Notes: generated by a model from the letters alone, not told the origin. A stretch of DNA of 64,000 bases from Piromyces finnis finn (GCA_002104945.1 MCFH01000065.1:186001-250000); one strand, 5' to 3'. Positions 46,828 to 60,815 are shown, counted from the first letter of the stretch. A program made the numbers and translations.

Positions 46828-49739
46828 TGTAATGCTGACACAGAAAGAATAGATTAGGATATCTATTCTATTACAATAACACAAAATTTAAAATAAAATA
46901 AAAAATTGTTTTATTAAAAATATCTTTTATTATAATAGAAATTTTATTAATAACAATTACATCGATAAAATGATGAAAAATATCTTCTATTTATATTTTT
47001 CCTAAATACATTTATATTATATTATAACTATTTATTTCTTATATATTATTATTTAAAATCTACACTAAAATCTTAATTATTAATAAATATTTAAACTATA
47101 ACTATTTTTAGTAAAATACAATTGGCAATTCAAATTAAGTACCATTTAATTTGAATATGTGCCCATGTATTATTGATATATTAATCATTTATTATTTATC
47201 TATTTCTATAAAAAAACAATACTAAAACTAGGGATTTAAATTGAGAATATTAATTTACTTGTTAAACATTAAAAATAAATTAATAATTTATTTTGTTTTA
47301 AACTTTAATTATTAATAAATAAATTATGTCTCATTTTCTTTTTCTGAATATAATTTGTGTAACTTAAACAATAATACTTGTGGCTTAAGTTACATTAAAG
47401 ATATCAAACAGAGGCGTTTGATATCTTTACAGTCTTTTATAGTATATAATAAATTTATTTCAATAAGATAACTTATTCCTCAACTACTTTTAATTAATAA
47501 ATATCAAAATTTTAATTTTCATATTTCTCAATGTATTTTAAATAAATCTAAAATTATTATATACTACGTCTAAAAGATGTCGCTCAGACTCTATCCTATC
47601 AAAAGGTGTCGAGCGAGGTCTTTTATAATATATAATAAATATATTTCAATAAAATAACTTTTTCCAATAAGTGATATTTACATTTTAATTCACTTATTTC
47701 TCAATTTCATTTTAATTAATAAATATCAAAATTTTAATTTTCATACAATATATTTTAAATAATTCTATAATTATTATATACCATGTTTAAAAGATGTCGC
47801 TCAGACTCTATCCTATCAAACGGTGTCGAGCGAGGTCTTTTAAGTATATAATAAGTTCATTTCAAAATAACAATTAATAATTCATTCAAATAAGTGAAAT
47901 CAACATACTAATTCACTTATTTCTCAATATATTTAAATAATTTTAAAATTTTATTAACTTTTTCTTAATTTTCTTTCTTTTTAAATAAGTTTTAATTTTC
48001 TTACTTTGCAATTAATTTTTTGATTTAATTTACTCTTTTAATTGTATATATCCAATTTAATTTATAATATACTATGTATAAAAGATGTCGCTCAGACTCT
48101 ATCCTATCAAACGGTGTCGAGCGAGTTCTTTTTATAGTATATTATAATTAAATTTAATTTTAAAAGAGTTTCATCAATTTAAAAACAAGAGTATTTCATA
48201 AATATATTTCTATTAGTATTACAGATAGATTTTATATATAAAGATTTCATTGTTCCATACAGTAGAATTACACTTATTCCAATTCCAATATAAAAAGGAA
48301 AGTTTCACAGAGTAGAAGTTCCACAAGCAAAGTTCCACGAGATTCGTTCAAAAGAATTCCACGAAGGAAGGATTTCACAAGGTAGTGTTCCACAAGTAGG
48401 TAAAAATTCCACAATTATAGTTCCACAAAGTAGTGTTTCACAAAATTTATTTAGAATTTCACAAAGTAGGGTAACACAAAATTAATGTTACACTGACAGA
48501 AGTTACACCATAAATAGTTCCACAAGGTAGGCTACTCAAGTAGACAAAAAAAAAATTTCCGAAGAGAAAAAATTTCCGAAAAGTTCCAAATTTTCTACGG
48601 TAGCAATTCCCAATGTTGTAACTTCAGAAAATAAAAATTGTTTTATTATTAAATATAAAACGTGTTTTTTAATAAGAAAAGGTAATTGTTATTGTAAAAG
48701 TATAAAATTTAAAACAGATTTTATACTTAAAACAAAACAATTTTTATTAACACAAAAATAAAAAAATAAAACATTAAATTTTTATTTTAAAAAAAAACAT
48801 TTTTATTTAAACTCTTAAAAATATTATTAACTATATAATAGTTAATAATTAAAAAATTGAAAATAACAATTACCTCGATTTAACAAATAAAAATTACATG
48901 TATTTATATTTTTTCATAATTATATTCTAATATATTATTCTATTTAAATAAACATATATTTAATATAAAATAAACAAAACTAATTTAATTAAATAATAAA
49001 ATAACAGAACTAAACTAAACTAATTCATTATACTTTTAATTCAATTTGAGTAAACTCAAAATTGAATAAAGCCCATGTATTTTCTATAAATTAATTTAAT
49101 ATTATCAATACTATTCTTAATATATTTCCTATTGAAATATAAATAAATCTATTTTTAAAACTAAGTTAAAATTATTAAACTATTCTAAATTTAAATAAAA
49201 AAGTATAATCTATTCTAAAATCAAATAAAAAGTATTTAAAAAATATTTTAATTATTTTAAATATTTGAAATATTTAAATTTAATTAAAATTCTTTTATTC
49301 CTTAAACTTAAATATTTATCTTAATTTAAATTTAACGGAATTATTATAAAATAATTTATTATTAAATTATTCCATAAAATTTACTCAAAAATTTTATAAT
49401 CAGTTTTACTAAATATTAATTTATTATTTAATAATTAATAATTAATTATTAAATAATCTAAAGATATATCTTATATCTTTACACAAAACAATACTAAAAC
49501 TAGGGGTTTGAATTGAGAATTTTAATTTATTTGTTAAACATTAAGAATAAACTAATAATTTATTTTGTTTTAAACTTTAATTATTAATAAATAAATTATG
49601 TCCCATTTTCTTTTTCTGAATATAATTCGTGTAACTTAAACAATGATATTTATGGCTTAAGTTACATTAAAGATATCAATCTGTGGCGTTTGATATCTTT
49701 ACAATCTCTCTCTCTAAGTCGAGCTCCTGCGAGATTAAT

Positions 49740-52700
49740 TTATAAAGAATCCTTTCTCGAAGGAATTTCAATTACAAATGGTTGGTATCTATGCTTAATT
49801 AGATTACCAACTTTATTCTTTCTTATTCTCATGGAGGAGTCATTCAACTTATGTTTTGACTTTTTAGAGTTTCTTTCGAACTCTTGTATTAATTGTTTGT
49901 CCGGGATCTGATCTTCAGAAACCCAAGTGGATTTGTCAAATCCTTTCCACGATAACTTATAAAATGTCTCACCATTAACAAATTTCATCTTCTCAATTTT
50001 TTCTGGAATTTTTTCAATTAAATCTGTGTTAAGATGAATATTTCTTTTCCTACTATTAGACCTATCTATAAACTCGTTTTCAAAGTATGGTTCTAACAAT
50101 GAGACATGAAAGACTGGATGACATCTCATTGTCTTTGGGAGTTTCAATTTAAAAGCGAGAGAACTAACTTTTTCAATTATTTCAAATGGACCAAGCATTT
50201 GAGGTGCTAATTTCTTCTTCAAGTTAGTTCCCGGAGAATCTTTCAATAACCATACCTTCTTTCCCACTTCAAATTCCGGGGGACTCATTCTTTTCATATC
50301 GGCATATTTCTTATATGTTTCTTTTGCTTTTTCTAAGCTTTCTTTTAATAATTTAAAGTTTTTATTCATATCAATTACTCTTTGTTCAGCTCTACTAGGT
50401 CTATCATTAGCCGGGATTTCCAAGCTGAACTTTGGATGAAAACCATAATTAGCAAAGAATGGGGATTGATTTATAGATTGCTGTAAAGTGTTATTATATG
50501 CAAATTCAGCAAATGGAATAAGATCAACCCAGTTATTCTGCTTCTTATTGATAAAACAACGGAAATATTGTTCTAATATGCCGTTCACCCTCTCCGTTTG
50601 ACCATCTGTCTGCGGATGGTTAGCAGTTGACAATGAATGATTGATATTAAGAAGGTCACAAAGTCTTGACCAGAAATCAGAAGTAAATTGCGAGCCTCTA
50701 TCAGAAATGATGGAATTAGGAAGACCATGCAAACGGAAGACATTGGCAATAAAAGCATCAGCAGCAATTGAAGCAGTAGGAAGACAACGTAAAGGAATGG
50801 CGTGAGCAAATTTAGTAAATCTATCGACAACAACCATAAGTGTAGTCATATCTCTGGACTTAGGAAGATCAACAATAAAGTCGATAGAGATATCAGACCA
50901 AGGCCTACTAGGAGTGTCCAAAGGGGATAACAATCCATAAGGCTTATGTCTAGGGACTTTGGATTTGCAACAAGTCACGCAAGATTTAATAAAGGATTTA
51001 ACGTCTGAATGAAATCTTGGCCACCAAAAGTTTCTTGAAATAAGTTCAACGGTTTTCTTAATGCCGAAATGGCCAGCAGCAACAGAATCATGATGGAGTT
51101 CTAAAACTCTAGTCCTAAGAGATTTAGGAACATAAATAAGATTGTTAAATAACAAAAATCCTTCACCATCAATAATAACTTTATCAATATTTTTAATAGG
51201 TGCATTACTTGTAGAACCATTCATTTTAAATTGAACAATGGAATTGTACAAATCGTCATTTTTAAGTTCTGATAAAATAGAATCTATTAAAGGTTTGTTA
51301 TCGCTATGATGAAGTGAAATTGTAAGACAAGAAACATTAGAGTTAATATCATTCACTAAATGATCACTTCTACGAGACAGAATGTCAGGCTTTCCAGATT
51401 TCTTTCCAGCTCTATAGATGAGTTTAAAGTCAAATCTGGATAAGAACAAATTCCATCTAATTTGTCTCTGAGATAACATTTCAGGTTTTCTAGGAAATGT
51501 TAAGTTCTTGTGATCAGTATAAATTATGAACTGATGGCGTGCACCCTCTAAGTAATGACGCCATTCTTCAAGAGCAACTATAATAGCTAAGAGTTCCTTG
51601 TCATATATAGGATAGTTTCTTTGACAACTCGTCAAACTTTTTGAAAGAAATGCAATAGGATGTAATTTGCCATCAAATTCTTGAGAGAGAATAGCACCGA
51701 CAGCATAATTACTAGCATCAGTTTCTACAATAAATTGTTTATTACTATCCGCATGTTTCAGAATAGGAGCTGACGTGAACAGAGATTTTAATAAAATAAA
51801 AGCGTCCTGATCTTCTTTCACCCAGTTAAAAGCAACATTCTTTCTAGTGAGTTTGTGAAAAGGGTTTGCAATTTTAGCAAAGTCTTTAATAAAAATTCTG
51901 TAATAGTTGCATAAACCAATAAAAGACTGAACCTGTAAAGATATAATATATATCTTTAGATTATTTAATAATTAATTATTAATTATTAAATAATAAATTA
52001 ATATTTAGTAAAACTGACTATAAAATTTTTGAGTAAATTTTATGGAATAATTTAATAATAAATTATTTTATAATAATTCCGTTAAATTTAAATTAAGATA
52101 AATATTTAAGTTTAAGGAATAAAAGAATTTTAATTAAATTTAAATATTTCAAATATTTTAAATAATTAAAATATTTTTCAAATACTTTTTATTTAATTTT
52201 AGAATAGATTATACTTTTTTATTTAAATTTAGAATAGTTTAATAATTTTAACTTAGTTTTAAAAATAGATTTATTTATATTTCAATAGGAAATATATTAA
52301 GAATAGTATTGATAATATTAAATTAATTTATAGAAAATACATGGGCTTTATTCAATTTTGAGTTTACTCAAATTGAATTAAAAGTATAATGAATTAGTTT
52401 AGTTTAGTTCTGTTATTTTATTATTTAATTAAATTAGTTTTGTTTATTTTATATTAAATATATGTTTATTTAAATAGAATAATATATTAGAATATAATTA
52501 TGAAAAAATATAAATACATGTAATTTTTATTTGTTAAATCGAGGTAATTGTTATTTTCAATTTTTTAATTATTAACTATTATATAGTTAATAATATTTTT
52601 AAGAGTTTAAATAAAAATGTTTTTTTTTAAAATAAAAATTTAATGTTTTATTTTTTTATTTTTGTGTTAATAAAAATTGTTTTGTTTTAAGTATAAAATC

Positions 52701-55700
52701 TGTTTTAAATTTTATACTTTTACAATAACAATTACCTTTTCTTATTAAAAAACACGTTTTATATTTAATAATAAAACAATTTTTATTTTCTGAAGTTACA
52801 ACATTGGGAATTGCTACCGTAGAAAATTTGGAACTTTTCGGAAATTTTTTCTCTTCGGAAATTTTTTTTTTGTCTACTTGAGTAGCCTACCTTGTGGAAC
52901 TATTTATGGTGTAACTTCTGTCAGTGTAACATTAATTTTGTGTTACCCTACTTTGTGAAATTCTAAATAAATTTTGTGAAACACTACTTTGTGGAACTAT
53001 AATTGTGGAATTTTTACCTACTTGTGGAACACTACCTTGTGAAATCCTTCCTTCGTGGAATTCTTTTGAACGAATCTCGTGGAACTTTGCTTGTGGAACT
53101 TCTACTCTGTGAAACTTTCCTTTTTATATTGGAATTGGAATAAGTGTAATTCTACTGTATGGAACAATGAAATCTTTATATATAAAATCTATCTGTAATA
53201 CTAATAGAAATATATTTATGAAATACTCTTGTTTTTAAATTGATGAAACTCTTTTAAAATTAAATTTAATTATAATATACTATAAAAAGAACTCGCTCGA
53301 CACCGTTTGATAGGATAGAGTCTGAGCGACATCTTTTATACATAGTATATTATAAATTAAATTGGATATATACAATTAAAAGAGTAAATTAAATCAAAAA
53401 ATTAATTGCAAAGTAAGAAAATTAAAACTTATTTAAAAAGAAAGAAAATTAAGAAAAAGTTAATAAAATTTTAAAATTATTTAAATATATTGAGAAATAA
53501 GTGAATTAGTATGTTGATTTCACTTATTTGAATGAATTATTAATTGTTATTTTGAAATGAACTTATTATATACTTAAAAGACCTCGCTCGACACCGTTTG
53601 ATAGGATAGAGTCTGAGCGACATCTTTTAAACATGGTATATAATAATTATAGAATTATTTAAAATATATTGTATGAAAATTAAAATTTTGATATTTATTA
53701 ATTAAAATGAAATTGAGAAATAAGTGAATTAAAATGTAAATATCACTTATTGGAAAAAGTTATTTTATTGAAATATATTTATTATATATTATAAAAGACC
53801 TCGCTCGACACCTTTTGATAGGATAGAGTCTGAGCGACATCTTTTAGACGTAGTATATAATAATTTTAGATTTATTTAAAATACATTGAGAAATATGAAA
53901 ATTAAAATTTTGATATTTATTAATTAAAAGTAGTTGAGGAATAAGTTATCTTATTGAAATAAATTTATTATATACTATAAAAGACCTCGCTCGACACCTT
54001 TTGATAGGATAGAGTCTGAGCGACATCTTTAGATATTGTATATAATAAATTAAATTGAATATATAATTAAAACAAATTAAAATTTGATTATATAATAAGT
54101 AAATTTGAAATGAATTTATTATATACTTAAAAGACCTCGCTCGACACCTTTTGATAGGATAGAGTCTGAGTGACATCTTTTAGATATAGTATATAATAAA
54201 TTAAAATTAAGAAATGAATTAAAATTTTACAATAAAAGTAAAAGTAATAAATGTGTAAAGTTAGTTAAATAAATAAATTATTCTTTATTATAATAAGATT
54301 TCGATGACACCTTTTTAGAGGACAGAGTCAGATCGACATCTTTTTGGGAAATAGTATATAATAAATTAAATTGAAAATACTATAAATTAATTTAACTTGA
54401 AAATTTGAAATATATAATTTAATTTAATGAAGTTAGAAAATGATTTGATATTTAAAATTACTTTTAAAATAATTTAATTTTATACTAAATAAATAATTCG
54501 ATGACACCTTTTCTTTAAAGGATAGAGTCAGGTCGACTTCTTTAATATGAAGATACAATATAAATTCGATTAACTAATTAAATAAATAAAATATATTCAA
54601 GGATTATATATTATTAATTAAATTAGATAAATACAATTAAGAAGTTTATTAAATAATATATTAAAATATTATGAAGTAATACGAAAACGAGCTTAAAAAA
54701 AAAATAATTTAATTTCATTGTAATAACATGTTTTATACTTTATAAAGAATTCGCTGACACCAGTTGATAGGATGGAGTTGACTTCTTTTATATAAAGGTG
54801 TATTTTATATAACTGAATATTTGACTAAATAGAAAATTCTTAATAATTAGAATATAAATTTAAAGCATTTTTAATTTGATTTGAATTTATCAACAAAAGT
54901 CAATACAAATTTAGTTATTTAAAAAGTTATACATTTATTAAAAAAAAAAAAAAAAAAAAAAAAATTAATTTTATATTTCGTAAATTAAGATAATTTGATT
55001 GTAATAGTTTATTAAATAATTCATTAAACAAATGATTAAGATTAATAATTAAAATAATTTGAATTCAATATGAGGAGGTTTTACAAATTTAGTTGTTAAA
55101 TAAATTATGTTTTTTATATTTAATAAATTAAAATAAACTAATTAAATAAAGAATTTCTTATAATTGTAGAATAAATTCACAAATTTAATTTGATTTGAAT
55201 TTATTATAAAGAAGTTATTGTATATCTAGTTAATAAGTTTATATTTTTATTAAGAAGTAAGTTTTATATTTAAAAGATTCAAATAACTTGAATAAATTAA
55301 TATAGTAGCTTTGATTGAATAATTATAAAGTTAAATAAATATATAATAAGAAATGAGTGTAATATTTTTTTATTCTTAATAATATGATGGTAGTGAAATC
55401 AGAGCTAGAAAATTAATCTATTCTGGATCTGTTCTTAATTTCATTTAGTATTGTAGAATTAGAAATAGCTATAATAGAAATTAATGAGGAATAGTTTTAG
55501 TAATAGTAACAATTTGATAATATAATAGTTAGTATTAATAATAATTAAAAAAAAAAATAGAATTAATAAATACAACAAATGAAAAAAAAATATAATAAAA
55601 TGTAATAAATAGAATAAATTAATAAATAGAATAAGTTAATAAATAGAATAAGTTAATAAATATGATAAATGTAATAAATATAATGAATAAAACAAATATA

Positions 55701-58700
55701 AATTAATGTAATATGTATAATAATTATAAGAGTTTTTAATAAATGAATAGTTTTTATGTACTTAATAAAACGAACTTTATAAAGGAAAAAAAAAAAAAAA
55801 AAGATTTTAATCTTTATACAATTCTTTTTAATGGAAGTATAATGAGATTGATAACTAAAATTACTATATATTGATTGTAGGAAATTAAATGATATAATTA
55901 TTGAAATTCATATATTCCTTTAATCAATAAATAAGATAAATGGAGTAAAATATGTTTTTAAACTAAATTTAAATATATCAATAGCTTAGTAATAATTAAA
56001 TAAGGTGATGAATTTAAAATTGCTTTAATCTTTATATGGCATTTTTAATTTATTATCATACCTTTTATTCAAAAATGTATCAGCTCTATTTTAATATTTT
56101 AAGTGATGCTTTTGATGAAGTATTTTAATTACTTTATAATTAATGATATTTAGTACAACATTATGTATATGTTTATATCAATTCTGTGATGTTTTATTGA
56201 TGATATTTAAATTTATGAATTCATTGTTAAATTTTTAAAAAAAAAGAAATAATTTTATAATACCATATATTGATAAATTATAAAATAAAAGAGAATTATA
56301 AATATGCTAAAAGTATTTTAAAAATGTCTAAAAATGATAAATTTGTTAATTAAATTATAGTATTTACTTGATGACTTGATACCACTTTTGTTTATTTAAT
56401 AATAAGATTAAAAAAAAAAATAGTGGTATAGTTAATATAATTATTGAATGATGTTTTTCCATTATTATTAATGAATGTTAATTTTTTTTACAAATATTTT
56501 ATTACTAAGAATTTTGTTATATTTATTTGCTTAATAATAACCTTTAAAAAAAATAAGTTCCACTTGGTTTAAAGTTTGTACAATAATAAAAAACATTTAA
56601 TACTCTTTAAATGCTATTTTCTTTATAATTTTAGAATTGTCTGTTTGATATATTTTATATAAATTTTATCACAGACTTTTCATTTAAATGAGAGGGTGAA
56701 CGAGATATTGTTCCAATATCTCCGTTGGTTAATAAAATCGAATTGATTGTTATATTGGAATCTACTTATAATATTTTATTGTAATCAATCAATCAATTTC
56801 AATTTTATACAAACTATGGATTTAATTTAAAATTTAATATTGAAATTTCTTCAGCTAATAAATCAAAGAAAGTTGAACAGATTATTATAAGTATTAATAA
56901 AAAGTATTAAAATTGTAAAATAGAATTTTAATCATGCATAAGAAGATTATAAAAGTCATGATGATCAAGAAGAATTGAATAAATAAAAAATTTGAAACTT
57001 AAGTAAATGTTTTGTTTTGAATACTTAAATAAAAATGTTAATAGAAAACAATTTATAAATAACCATAATCTGAATATAAAAACAAATGGATTCTTGATGA
57101 TTAAGTTTTAGATAAATTATTAGAATTATGTATAAGTAACAAGAATGATAATAAGAGTATAAATAAATTAAATACTTATATATTTTTTTAACAATGTTAT
57201 GATTTAGAAAAAGTAGTAACCATTTGTTATTTAAATTTCTTCAAGAAAATAATCTCGCAGGAGCTCGACTTAAAGGGCGAGATTGTAAAGATATAATATA
57301 TATCTTTAGATTATTTAATAATTAATTATTAATTATTAAATAATAAATTAATATTTAGTAAAACTGACTATAAAATTTTTGAGTAAATTTTATGGAATAA
57401 TTTAATAATAAATTATTTTATAATAATTCCGTTAAATTTAAATTAAGATAAATATTTAAGTTTAAGGAATAAAAGAATTTTAATTAAATTTAAATATTTC
57501 AAATATTTTAAATAATTAAAATATTTTTCAAATACTTTTTATTTAATTTTAGAATAGATTATACTTTTTTATTTAAATTTAGAATAGTTTAATAATTTTA
57601 ACTTAGTTTTAAAAATAGATTTATTTATATTTCAATAGGAAATATATTAAGAATAGTATTGATAATATTAAATTAATTTATAGAAAATACATGGGCTTTA
57701 TTCAATTTTGAGTTTACTCAAATTGAATTAAAAGTATAATGAATTAGTTTAGTTTAGTTCTGTTATTTTATTATTTAATTAAATTAGTTTTGTTTATTTT
57801 ATATTAAATATATGTTTATTTAAATAGAATAATATATTAGAATATAATTATGAAAAAATATAAATACATGTAATTTTTATTTGTTAAATCGATGTAATTG
57901 TTATTTTCAATTTTTTAATTATTAACTATTATATAGTTAATAATATTTTTAAGAGTTTAAATAAAAAATGTTTTATTTTTAAAATAAAAATTTAATGTTT
58001 TATTTTTTTATTTTTGTGTTAATAAAAATTGTTTTGTTTTAAGTATAAAATCTGTTTTAAATTTTATACTTTTACAGAACCTCTTTAACATTCTTGGGAA
58101 CCGGCCAATCGATAATTGCTTTAACTTTATTCTCATCCATTTGCAACCCATCTTTTGAAATGACATAACCAAGAAAAGTGGTTTTCTCAACATCAAACTC
58201 ACATTTTTCTAATTTAACATAAAGATTATTTTCAAGTAGTTTCTTAAGTACCTTTTTAACATGCTCGTGATGTTCTTCGATATTATTAGAATAAATAAGG
58301 ATATCATCAATATATGAGATAACAAAATCATCTAAATAATCACTAAGAACATCGTTAATAAAGTGTTGAAAGGTTGCAGGTGCATTCTTTAATCCAAAAG
58401 GCATAACCAGATATTCAAAATGACCATACCTAGTACGAAAAGCCGTTTTGTATTCGTCACCTTCTTTAATACGAACAAGATTATAAGCAGATTTGAGATC
58501 TAATTTAGTGAAAATTTTAGCATTTTTCACTCTTTCCAGAAGGTCACTTATTAAAGGTAAAGGATATGAATTACGAATTGTAATATCATTCAACCTTCTA
58601 TAATCAATACAAAGTCTTAAGGAACCGTCCTTCTTTTTAACAAATAAAATTGGGGCACCAGCAGGAGACGATGATTTCCTAATAAAACCTTTATTTAAAT

Positions 58701-60480
58701 TTTCATCTATATACTTTTTAAGTTCCTCTCTTTCAACTTCAGTTAATGGATACAAGGGTCCATAAAATAAAGTTGAATCATCCTTAAGTTTGATTTCACA
58801 ATCATAAGGTCTATGAGGAGGTAACACTTCACAATTTTTTTCGTTAAACACTTCACTAAATTCTAAATATTGGGTTGGTACGGCGATCAATTTATCTTTA
58901 TTAATATCCTTTTCATTATTATTATTATTACTACATGATTCATTATCATTATTACATGTTTCAATAATTTTCGTTACAATACATTTAACTTTTTTATTAA
59001 AACTAATATATTCATCATCGCTGTCATCTTCATCATTAATGGTTCTAACAAGGCGGCCTTTAACATATTCTTTTTCTTCATGGTTTGGGACGGAGGGATC
59101 TACTTTCGGTTTTTTGGTTAAGCTTCGGTCGAGAACATCATGATCTAATTGATCATTCTTGGACTTCTTTCTTGGTTTTCTTTTTCTTTTACCTTTGTTA
59201 CAGTGTCTGGCACAATAACCAGAACTAAAAGCGATTTTCTTAGAGTCATAGAAAGCATTTGGATTATGCTTCTTTATCCACGGCAAACCAAGAATAACAT
59301 CAACACCGGGGACTTGTAATCCATAAAGTTGAATTACTTCGAAGTGATTTTTGCATCGGAGCATACACTTCTCAGTCCTTTCCCATACACTAACAACTCC
59401 ATCACTAACACCTGATACACGGAATGGTTCTACCTTTTCCAACTTAATACCAAGGTCTTCAGCAAGACTTGGATTAATGAAATTCAATTCAGAACCGGAA
59501 TCAATTAAAACCTTAATTTTAACTTCCGAAACTTCATTGGTACTCAAGTAAAAATCCACAAGATTTAAATCACTTTTCACTCCCTTGACTCCAACTTTGT
59601 AAATTTTTGGATTAACAATTTTTGGAGTCCTTTCTTTAACAATTCTTAACACTTTTCTGGGCTTTACTCTATTAGGACAATTAAATTTTAAATGTCCTGG
59701 CTGTTTACAAAGAAAACATAATCCTTTTTTCTTTTCTTCTTCAAAGTTGTCCATGTTTTCATTGTAATTTTTACTTGATCCTTGGATATTCACATACCTT
59801 CTACGCTTGTTTTCTCTACTAATTCTAAATACATCCACATCCATAGGATCATCAGCCCTTCTACTATTAAAATAAAATTCACTAAGCGAATTCCTTTTCA
59901 TCATATCTTCAACTAAAATAGTTGAAGAAATCAATTGTTCAATTGAAGTTGGGTTTGATTCAATGAAAGCCAACTTCTCCCTAAGTGGTGGTAATAAACC
60001 TTTCAGAAACATGTAGATTTTTGCGCTATCATTAAAGCTTGAATTTTGGCTAATACGTTGAAACTCGGTAATGTAATCTAATACCTGACCAAGTTTCCTT
60101 TGGCGAATATTATCTAATTTACCGTTAGCTACAACGGTATCGTATCTATAACTGCCAAAGTTAGCCTTCAACCTATCTACAAATTCATCATAATGGTTTA
60201 AAACCTCACTATTATTCTTCATCAACACTGAATCCCATTCCAACGGTTTACCAGAGAAGTATGATATAACAAAGTCGACCTTGACTCGATCTGTATTATA
60301 CAGTGTCGGTCGAGTACGAAATACCAACTCAACTCTGGTTAAAAATCCATCCAATTCTCTTAGTTTACCAGAAAATGTCGGTGGAGCATTAATAATGTTC
60401 CCCGAGTTCCCAGAAACACCTACAGTCCCATCACCCATCTCCAAATTCAAACTTTTAAACTCACTAATTAAGTCCTCCAA
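49740..60480 (-). CDS. Chromovirus copy 2 polyprotein in two pieces (58077-60480 and 49740-51928); 1530 aa once LARD 3 is removed
   Basis: Both pieces are nearly identical to the copy-1 protein and join in frame across TSD GAACC. Confidence 0.93.
51934..58076 (+). mobile_element. LARD copy 3 (6143 bp), opposite orientation to the other two
   Basis: LTRs at 51934-52724 and 57284-58076, TSD GAACC, PBS at 52725-52736, PPT AAAGGGCGAGA before 57284, and a deletion of roughly 0.2 kb near 55450 relative to the other copies. Confidence 0.95.
53284..54790 (+). repeat. Eight-unit hairpin array of LARD copy 3
   Basis: AAAGACCTCGCTCGACACCTTTTGATAGGATAGAGTCTGAGCGACATCTTT and variants at about 53286, 53577, 53794, 53980, 54130, 54295, 54495 and 54745. 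Confidence 0.93.
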
Positions 60481-60679
60481 TTCAAAATATAATATACAAT
60501 ATAAAATTAAAATGGTTTCTTACTACTGTTTCAAGTAAGTAATCTTAAAAAAAAATTTTTTTTTTTTTTTAATTACACTAGTACAATATATTCTAATACA
60601 AAAGTTATTCAAACGCGTTCTGCAAAGCAGTGTCGAACAAGTTTTGTATTACTAATTCCTTTAAGATTTTAATAGTTTT

Positions 60680-60815
60680 CTTTCTTCAATTTCTTGTCCT
60701 TCGGCGGTAGAATCCAACCAAGTAGCTTTTTCTTTCTTCAATATCTTGTCCTTCGGCGGTAGAATCCAACCAAGTAGCTTTTTCTTTCTTCAATTTCTTG
60801 TCCTTCGGCGGTAGA
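60680..60815. repeat. About 2.5 tandem copies of a ~50-bp unit in the chromovirus 2 5' UTR
   Basis: TTCTTCAATTTCTTGTCCTTCGGCGGTAGAATCCAACCAAGTAGCTTTTTC is repeated. Confidence 0.8.

Larger units (their letters stand above)
41179..47431 (-). mobile_element. Chromovirus copy 1 (Ty3/gypsy, Tf1/sushi-like), full length and apparently intact, 6253 bp
   Basis: 604-bp LTRs at 41179-41782 and 46828-47431 with no difference found by eye, TSD GTCTT, PBS at 46816-46827 and PPT AGAGAGAGAG adjacent to the 3' LTR. Confidence 0.97.
40371..48131 (-). repeat. Hairpin array of LARD copy 2, split after unit 5 by chromovirus copy 1
   Basis: Units at about 40371, 40616, 40816, 40979, 41129, then 47573, 47790 and 48081. 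Confidence 0.93.
25033..49483 (-). mobile_element. LARD copy 2 (non-coding LTR element, ~6.36 kb net), carrying a nested copia and chromovirus copy 1
   Basis: LTR-B is at 25033-25297 plus 37133-37658, and at 48693-49483. CAAAAC is duplicated at 25027-25032 and 49484-49489. PBS is at 48681-48692. There is no long internal ORF. Confidence 0.9.
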
